A DNA stretch of 64,000 bases from Alphaproteobacteria bacterium. Its GTDB lineage: Bacteria > Pseudomonadota > Alphaproteobacteria > UBA828. The DNA lies in the NCBI GenBank assembly GCA_965214705.1, contig CBDCCI010000001.1, positions 630,013 through 694,012 of the forward strand. Direction: 5' to 3'. The notes beneath the pieces were generated by a model. It searched no databases. It was not told the DNA's origin and saw only the letters and a program-made list of their open reading frames with translations. Positions 57,393 to 64,000 of the stretch are shown piece by piece; positions within the stretch are counted from its first letter, which is position 1; every line of letters starts with the position of its first letter. Both the position numbers and the translations under genes were made by a program.

Positions 57393-58124
57393 TCAGCACG
57401 CACGGCCTCCTCTTTTTCTCTGGTTGACTTCAGGCGCCGCCGGGTTGGTGCCGATCAGGGGCGCGATGCGTGCGGCCAGGGCCTGCGGACCGAGGATCAC
57501 CAGATCCTCGTTCAAATCGGCGGTCGCGGCGACGACGAGGGCGCACTCGATACCCAGCGTGGTGCAACGCCGGCGCAGGCGAAGCGCGGCGCGCTCTCCC
57601 GCCTCGTCGTTATCGCAGGCCACGACGATGCGGGCGATGCCCGGCGGCGGCGTGAACGAGCCCAGGCCACCGGCCGAGAGCGCGGCAGCGGCGACGGCCT
57701 CCGGCAATGCGGTGACGACGGAGAGCATCGTCTCGATGCCCTCCCCCACCAGCAGCGTACCGGCGTCGGGGTGGCCGAAGCGGACGGCATGGCCGCGGAC
57801 ACGGCCGAGCGTCTTGCGCGGGAAGGACACGGCCGCCTTCGCGGGATGCCGGGGATCGAGCCAGGTCCGGTGGACGCCGACGATGGCGCCGTGAGTAGAC
57901 TGCTCGCCTGGACCGGAGCGGTCCTCCAGTCCGGGGTGTTTCCCCGGACCGGAGCGTTCCTCCGGACCGGGGTGTTCCCCTGCGTCGGCGGTGACCGCGG
58001 CGACCAATGCCGGCAGGCGGCGCACGCCGCCGCCGTCGCGGTAGAAGAGTTCCGGGTGGAGAGCGCTGTGAAGACCAAGAGGAGGAAAACATGCAGTAAT
58101 CCAGTCACTTGGTCATGCTGATGA
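57393..58124 (-). pseudogene. toprim-domain (primase-like) protein, 5' truncated
   Basis: ...LLVGEGIETMLSV...ARIVVACDNDEAGERAA... shows toprim E and DxD motifs. The frame is open only from 58124 (PSDWITACFPPLGLHSALHPELFYRDGGG...) and the usual zinc-binding N-terminus is absent. Confidence 0.55.
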
Positions 58125-58125
58125 T

Positions 58126-59559
58126 CGACCGGTGGCTGAGACGCCACCTCTCCCAGCGAAGGGTGTTGGGGGAAAGGGGGTCGCTAAGTTCCGCCGTTTT
58201 CCGGCGGTGGGGCGAAAACGCTGCGACCTGAACTGGACCGGACGCGGGCCGTCGCCTGCGGGCCGGGCTACCACAGGATCTATGGCGAGCTAGAGCGAAG
58301 CATGCGACGGAAGCCTCCTTATTTAGGACTGGACCCTCAATGGCCCGACGGGGCGGAGGGACTGCGGACCGAGCCGGATGGTCTTTCATCTGCCTTCTGG
58401 CGGGTGCGCCACGCGCACCCGGGCACGGGTCAACCCTTCTATCCCGGGTCCCTGAACCGCAAGGGGTATAGCGTGCCGCCTAAGGGTCTCAGGTTGGTTA
58501 TCGGAACACAGGAACCTGTGCTGTCCGCCCGGTACGGAGCCGGGCTAGCTGCGGAGAACGGAGATGGGCCGCATAGGGGCGGAGCCCTCGTAGTAGTCCG
58601 AGTGTGGGAAAGCCGCATACATGGCGAAGGGGGGCAGAAGGCGGATCAACGTACGCATGACGGAGGGACTATCCGTGGACTCGGATAATCAGGCCGATAA
58701 GGCTTGGCTCCTCAACGTGCAGCGGAAGTTGTATCGGTGGAGTAAGGAGACGCCCGAGGGCGCCTACGGCGATGTGTGGAACTGGGTAACCGATCCGCGC
58801 AATCTTCGCTGTGCTTGGCATTCGATTGCCCAGAACAAGGGCAGGCGGACGCCGGGTGTCGACGGGTTGACGGTGGCGAGCATTGCCGCTGGTGACGGAG
58901 GCGTACCGCTCTTTCTGGCCGAGCTTCGGGAGACGCTGCGGAATGGCAGCTACCGACCGTCGCCCGCCAGACGCAAGTGGATTCCGAAGCCGGGCAGACC
59001 GGGGAAGTTCCGACCCCTTGGTATCCCCACCGTTGCTGATCGCGTAGTGCAAGGCGCGGTCAAGAATATCTTGGAGCCGATCTTCGAGGCGCGATTCTGG
59101 CAAGTGTCCTACGGGTTCCGGCCCGGTCGGGGCTGCCATGGCGCACTCGAACATATCCGGCAGACCATTCGGCCCCGACGCGACGGGCCGGATGGAATGC
59201 GCCGTGACACTCCCTATCAATGGGTGATCGAAGGCGACATTGAGGGCTGCTTCGATAACATCGGCCACCATCACTTGATGGAGCGCGTGCGGAAATCCTG
59301 CGCGGACCGGAAGGTGAACCGGCTGATCGTGCGGTTCCTCAAGGCCGGGGTGCTGGAGGACTTCATTTACAGTCCGACGGCTACCGGCACGCCTCAAGGG
59401 GGCGTCCTGTCACCGCTGCTGGCCAACATCGCGCTGGGCGCGATCGAGGAGCGGTACTGGTGGTGGGTCAAGCACCCGCATGATCCCAAGCTCCGCAGAG
59501 ACGGGGTGAGAAGGGCCTCGGACCGGCGACACCGGGACAGGGAGGCCGGGCGACCGGTC
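58126..59559 (+). mobile_element. group II intron 2, 5' part only (cut by IS copy 5); 5' boundary uncertain
   Basis: It encodes an RT ORF preceded by about 500 nt of structured GC-rich non-coding sequence. No canonical GTGCG start was located, so the left limit is set where the toprim ORF ends. Confidence 0.5.
58621..59559 (+). pseudogene. group II intron reverse transcriptase, truncated after 313 codons
   Basis: PKPGRPGKFRPLGIPTVADRVVQGA, EGDIEGCFDNIGH and GTPQGGVLSPLLANI are present. The ORF is cut before the YADD motif by IS copy 5. Confidence 0.8.
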
Positions 59560-59790
59560 TTGAACGAAGCCGCTACGCGGAGTTAGCGGCGTAGAGTTCA
59601 TTCATTTCCGAGGCGTCGCGGGTGCCGTTTGTTCTGTGCGTTCGCTTCCCGGTTGCGTCAGTGGCGCTCCGCCCGTCGGGTGGCGGATCCCCAGCAGCCT
59701 CCCGATCACCAGTGGTTAGTATCGACCCCTGCGACGGACCGTCGCCGGATCGGTCCGGCGGCGCGCCGTCGCGATCCAGGGAGATCGATA

Positions 59791-60669
59791 ATGACCGGGA
59801 CCGCGTGCGACACGAACACCGTCACCCCTCTTCGCCAGCGCATGGAGGAGCAGCTCCGCATCGCCAATCTGGCCGCGAGCACGTCCAAGGCCTACATCTG
59901 CGAGATCAAGAACCTGGCCAGGTACTACGACGCCTCGCCGGACGAGCTCGACGCCGAGCAGGTGCGCCAGTGGTACCTGGGGCGGATCGACAAGGGGCTC
60001 AGTCCGGGCACGACCAACGTCTCCTTCGCCGCGCTGAACTTCCTCTACATCGACACACTCGGCTGGCCTGACCATGTCGCCGGCCTGCGCTCCCGCAAGA
60101 AGCCCGGCAAGCTGCCGCGCTACATGTCGGAGCAGGAGGTCGAGCACCTCATCCTTGCGACACCCGACCTCCGCCACCGTGCTGCCATTGTCACCGGCTA
60201 TGGCGGCGGGCTCCGCATCTCCGAGACCTTGGCCATCAAGGTCGGCGACATCCTGTCGGAGAAGAAGCTGCTGCACATCCCCTCCGGCAAAGGCGGCACC
60301 GAGAGAATGGCACCGTTGCCGGACATCGTCATCCACTACTTGCGCGTCTACTACAGGAACATCTGGCCGCGTCCGACGAGCTGGCTCTTCTACGGCGTCT
60401 CGCTCGACAGGCCCATCGCAACGGAGACCTTGCAGGCCGCCTTCAGGAGGGCGCGCGACATTGCCGAGCTCGACCGCAGCTACACCTTCCATTGCCTGCG
60501 CCATTCGGCGGCGACCCATCTCCTCGAGCGCGGCGGCGATATCGAGGTGATCCGGGACATGCTCGGCCATCGAAGCGCGAACACGACCCGTCACTACGCC
60601 CGCGTCACCGGCAAGATGTTCGAGGGCCTCGACCACCCGATCTCAGGCTTCGCAGCGTTGCGCAACTGA
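59791..60669 (+). CDS. tyrosine recombinase of IS copy 5
   Basis: Its translation from the 59791 start is identical to that of copy 1. Confidence 0.85.
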   Translation: MTGTACDTNTVTPLRQRMEEQLRIANLAASTSKAYICEIKNLARYYDASPDELDAEQVRQWYLGRIDKGLSPGTTNVSFAALNFLYIDTLGWPDHVAGLRSRKKPGKLPRYMSEQEVEHLILATPDLRHRAAIVTGYGGGLRISETLAIKVGDILSEKKLLHIPSGKGGTERMAPLPDIVIHYLRVYYRNIWPRPTSWLFYGVSLDRPIATETLQAAFRRARDIAELDRSYTFHCLRHSAATHLLERGGDIEVIRDMLGHRSANTTRHYARVTGKMFEGLDHPISGFAALRN

Positions 60670-60675
60670 CGGCGC

Positions 60676-61917
60676 GTGGAGGCCGAACGCGCGGGCGTGG
60701 CGGAGATCTTCCGCCGCGCCGGCGCCGCTTTCCGTGAGCGCCACAAAGGGCGCATCGACGCCGCCCGGCTCAAGGTCATGGGCGCCATCGAGGCGTGCCG
60801 CACCGCCGTGCTCGGCGGCCACATGTACGCCTGCGAGGGCTGCGGGCGCGAGCATCCGCTCTTCAACTCCTGCCGCAACCGCCACTGCCCCACCTGCCAG
60901 GGTCTCGCCGCCAACCTCTGGAGCGAGGAGCGCGCCGGGGACATCCTGCCGGTGCCCTACTTCCATGTGGTCTTCACCCTGCCCAAGGAGGTTGCCGCCA
61001 TTGCCTTCTGCAACCGCAGGGTGGTGTTCGACATCCTCTTCCGGGCCGTCGCCGAGACCCTGCGCACCATCGCCGCCGATCCCCGCCACGGCGGCATGCG
61101 CATCGGCGGCACCGCGGTCCTCCATACCTGGGATCAGAAGCTCCGCTTCCACCCGCACCTGCACGTGGTCGTGCCCAACGCGGGCTTCGACGTAGACAGT
61201 GGCGAGTGGAAGACGGGGAGCACCACCTTCCTCGCCCCCGTCAAGGTCCTCGGCAGCCTGTTCCGCCGCCTCTTCCTCGAGGAGCTCGCCCGCGCCCACG
61301 GCCGGGGGGACCTGGAGTTCCACGGCACCCTCGCCCACCTCGCCAATCCCGGCGAGTTCCACGCCACGCTTGCCGCCGCCCGGGCCAGGGACTGGGTGGT
61401 CTACGCCAAGCGGCCCTTCCGCGGGCCTGAGCAGGTCTTCCGGTACCTCTCGCACTACACGCACAGGATCGCCATCTCCGACAGCCGCATCGTCTCCTTC
61501 GACGGCGAGACGGTCTCCTTCCGCCACCGAAAGCCCAAGGCGCCGGGGCAGAGAAAGCCGCGCTACGGCATCGCCACCGTGAGCGCCGACGAGTTCATCC
61601 GCCGCTTCCTGAGGCACGTCCTGCCGGACGGCATGCACCGCATTCGCTACTTCGGCATCCTCGCCAACGGCTGCCGCGCCAGCACGCTGGAGAGAGCACG
61701 CCAGGCTCTCGGCGCCCTCGGCTGCGCCGCCCCCGAGGGAAGCGTGGACGGCGCTCAGGCCGAGCCCGACGAAGAGCCCGAGATCGGCACCGCGCCCGTG
61801 GCCTGCCCCCACTGCGGCGGCGTCATGCGCCTCGTCCGCGAAATCCGCCGCCGCCATGAGCCCCGCTCGACGCGCGGCCCGCCGGCGCTGCCGCCGACCC
61901 ACAGGGGGAAACCGTGA
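60676..61917 (+). CDS. IS91-family transposase of IS copy 5
   Basis: As copy 1, with the K to E substitution it shares with copy 2. Confidence 0.9.
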   Translation: MEAERAGVAEIFRRAGAAFRERHKGRIDAARLKVMGAIEACRTAVLGGHMYACEGCGREHPLFNSCRNRHCPTCQGLAANLWSEERAGDILPVPYFHVVFTLPKEVAAIAFCNRRVVFDILFRAVAETLRTIAADPRHGGMRIGGTAVLHTWDQKLRFHPHLHVVVPNAGFDVDSGEWKTGSTTFLAPVKVLGSLFRRLFLEELARAHGRGDLEFHGTLAHLANPGEFHATLAAARARDWVVYAKRPFRGPEQVFRYLSHYTHRIAISDSRIVSFDGETVSFRHRKPKAPGQRKPRYGIATVSADEFIRRFLRHVLPDGMHRIRYFGILANGCRASTLERARQALGALGCAAPEGSVDGAQAEPDEEPEIGTAPVACPHCGGVMRLVREIRRRHEPRSTRGPPALPPTHRGKP

Positions 61918-62493
61918 GACGCCCGCTCGCTTCGGCCCCGCGCAACGGCGCCAAAGCGCCGACGCACGACCGAACCTGTCTCCGCTTGAGCCGGGCTGAC
62001 AGCCCTCGGCTCACACCCCGCTCAGTCCTCGCAGCGTGCGCCCGCATGCCTGCCGAAAGACCGGCGCGAGCGTCGATTTTATGCGCAACTCTGCTGCCGG
62101 TGGATGCCGCCTGACGCTGACATCAGCGCACTTTCCACATAGCTCAACTTCGCCTCTCGTGGCCCGCGGCTTCGTTCAAAAGGGTTGGGCAGGCTCTCGA
62201 GAGAGAGCCTGCCCAACCCTTAACCCGAACTTCCGTTAGCATCTGATTGCCGATCTGGCCGGATTTTGCCTGTTTCCGCCCTTTCTGCGCAGTTTAGCGC
62301 CCGGTTTGGCGCGAAATTCCCGAAATGATCGCCGAAACCGCCGCGATTCGGCGCTCCAGCGCTGGATCACGCCGTCCCGGCGCATCCACCAAAACCTGAA
62401 TACTAGTCAGTAGATAGTTTTCTCGTTACGATAATTGCTCCGCATTCCCAAGCCTTTCCGATATGATTGCCGCGATTCGCTAGGCAGATCGAT

Positions 62494-64000
62494 ATGCACA
62501 TCGAAACCACCCGGTCCGGAAACTCCCGCTGCCACCTCCTCAGACAGTCCTACTGGCAGGACGGAAAACCCAAGAAGCGCACCCTGTGCAACCTCTCCGC
62601 CCTCCCGGAACACGCCATCGAAGCCCTCAAACGCGCCCTCAAGCGCGGACCCGCCCTCAATCCCGACAGCGCCGACGTCGAACTGCGCGCCAGCCGGGCG
62701 CACGGCGCCGTCAGCGCCGTTCTCGGCACCCTTCGCGACATCGGCCTCGACCGCGTCATCTTCCACCGGCCCGATCGCCGCAGGGCCCTCGTCATCGCCA
62801 TGATCGTCGCCCGCCTGATCCGGCCCGGCGCCAAGCTGCGCGTCGAGCGCGAACTGGGAGCGGCCGGCACAACCACCCTCGCCGCCCTGCTCGGCGTCGA
62901 AGGCGTCAGCGTCGACGAACTCTACGCCGCCATGGACTGGCTGGGCGCGCGACAGGGCGCGATCGAGCGCAAGCTCGCCCGGCGCCATCTCGGAGAGGAC
63001 GATCTCGTCCTCTACGACGTGTCCTCGAGCTACATGGAGGGCAACGCCTGCCCCATGGCGAAGCGCGGCTATTCGAGGGATCGCCGGGGCGACCGCCCGC
63101 AGATCGTCTACGGCCTCCTCTGCACCCGCGATGGCTGTCCGGTCTCGATCGAGGCCTTCGCCGGCAACACCGGCGACCCGATGACTCTGGCCAGCCAGGT
63201 GCGCAAGGTCCGCGACAGCTTCGGCATCCGGCGGGTGGTGTTGGTGGGGGACCGCGGCATGATCGCGCAGACCCGCATCGACCGCGACCTCGCGCCCAAC
63301 GGCATCGACTGGATCACGGCGCTGCGCGCATCCTCGATCCGCAAGCTCGTCGACCGGGGGCATGTCACGCCCGGCCTGTTCGACACCTGGGGCCTCGCGC
63401 GGGTGACCACGCCGGACTATCCCGGCGAGAGGCTGATCGTCTGCTACAACCCGGTTCTGGCGGCCGAGCGCAAGCGCAACCGCGACGGGCTGCTCAATGC
63501 GACCGAGACGGACGCGCGCGATTTCGCCGCGCGCCACGCCGCCGGCGACATCGACCGCGACGAGTTGAACCGTCGGCTGGGAACCTTGCGCCGCCGCAAG
63601 ATGGCCAAGCACTTCCGCTTCGAATTCGACGAGGGCAGCGGCACCTTCAGTTGCGAACGCGACCGGGCGTCGATCGACGCCGAGGCCGCCCTCGACGGTC
63701 TCTACGTCATACGCACCAACGTGGACGAGGACGAGATCGAGGACGTCGAGGCGGTCCGCGTCTACAAGAGCCTGTCACGCGTCGAGCGCGCCTTCCGCTC
63801 GCTCAAGACGGTGTCGTTGCGGATCCGCCCGATCTTCCACTGGCGCGACGACCGAGTACGGGCGCATCTTCTGATCTGCATGCTGGCTTGGTATGTCGAG
63901 TGGCACATGCGCCGCAGGCTGGCGCCGCTGCTGTTCGCCGAGGAGGACGGAGCGCCGCTGTCCGCGAACCCGGTGGCGCCGCCGGAACGCTCGGAAAAGG
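62494..64000 (+). CDS. IS1634-family transposase (3' partial at window edge)
   Basis: The frame is open from the ATG at 62494 to the end of the window: MHIETTRSGNSRCHLLRQSYWQDGKPKK...YDVSSSYMEG...SRDRRGDRPQ...LVGDRGMI...LYVIRTN...VERAFRSLKTVSLRIRPIFHW...AHLLICMLAWYV. It is missing from the ORF track because there is no stop. Confidence 0.8.
   Translation, partial: MHIETTRSGNSRCHLLRQSYWQDGKPKKRTLCNLSALPEHAIEALKRALKRGPALNPDSADVELRASRAHGAVSAVLGTLRDIGLDRVIFHRPDRRRALVIAMIVARLIRPGAKLRVERELGAAGTTTLAALLGVEGVSVDELYAAMDWLGARQGAIERKLARRHLGEDDLVLYDVSSSYMEGNACPMAKRGYSRDRRGDRPQIVYGLLCTRDGCPVSIEAFAGNTGDPMTLASQVRKVRDSFGIRRVVLVGDRGMIAQTRIDRDLAPNGIDWITALRASSIRKLVDRGHVTPGLFDTWGLARVTTPDYPGERLIVCYNPVLAAERKRNRDGLLNATETDARDFAARHAAGDIDRDELNRRLGTLRRRKMAKHFRFEFDEGSGTFSCERDRASIDAEAALDGLYVIRTNVDEDEIEDVEAVRVYKSLSRVERAFRSLKTVSLRIRPIFHWRDDRVRAHLLICMLAWYVEWHMRRRLAPLLFAEEDGAPLSANPVAPPERSEK

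Larger units (their letters stand above)
59560..62225 (+). mobile_element. IS91-family element with tyrosine recombinase, copy 5 (2,666 bp)
   Basis: It has the same ends as copy 1. It shares two SNP states with copy 2. Confidence 0.9.

Overview
High-GC (about 65-70%) alphaproteobacterium-like DNA, possibly Rhizobiales or Methylobacterium-like (a guess I cannot verify). It reads as an insertion-sequence graveyard on a plasmid or genomic island. About one fifth of the window is five near-identical 2,666-bp copies of one IS91-family element. Each copy carries a tyrosine recombinase upstream of the HUH/Y2 rolling-circle transposase, and two copies form a head-to-tail tandem. Other mobile DNA includes ISKra4, IS630 (fragment), IS110, IS5, two IS1634-like elements, IS66, IS1380-like, an ISAs1 pseudogene and two group II introns. 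Several interrupted genes can be rebuilt base-for-base across their insertions: a hicA toxin, domain V of a group II intron, an Rpn nuclease, an ExeA-like ATPase, and a roughly 1,607-aa zincin/TbpB-like surface lipoprotein gene that the ORF track shows as three separate ORFs. Cargo remnants are a decaying polysaccharide locus (ABC exporter, WecA-like transferase, Ugd and an O-antigen ligase look intact; galU, GT2 and UXS are pseudogenes), four consecutive ribbon-helix-helix (RHH) genes, three integrase relics, DUF2493/toprim/RecD2 relics of a conjugative element, a frameshifted Dam-like methyltransferase, and a low-GC block at the left edge holding hicA, a 652-aa protein and a PD-(D/E)xK-like protein. 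All family calls rest on motif recognition by eye; no database search was run.
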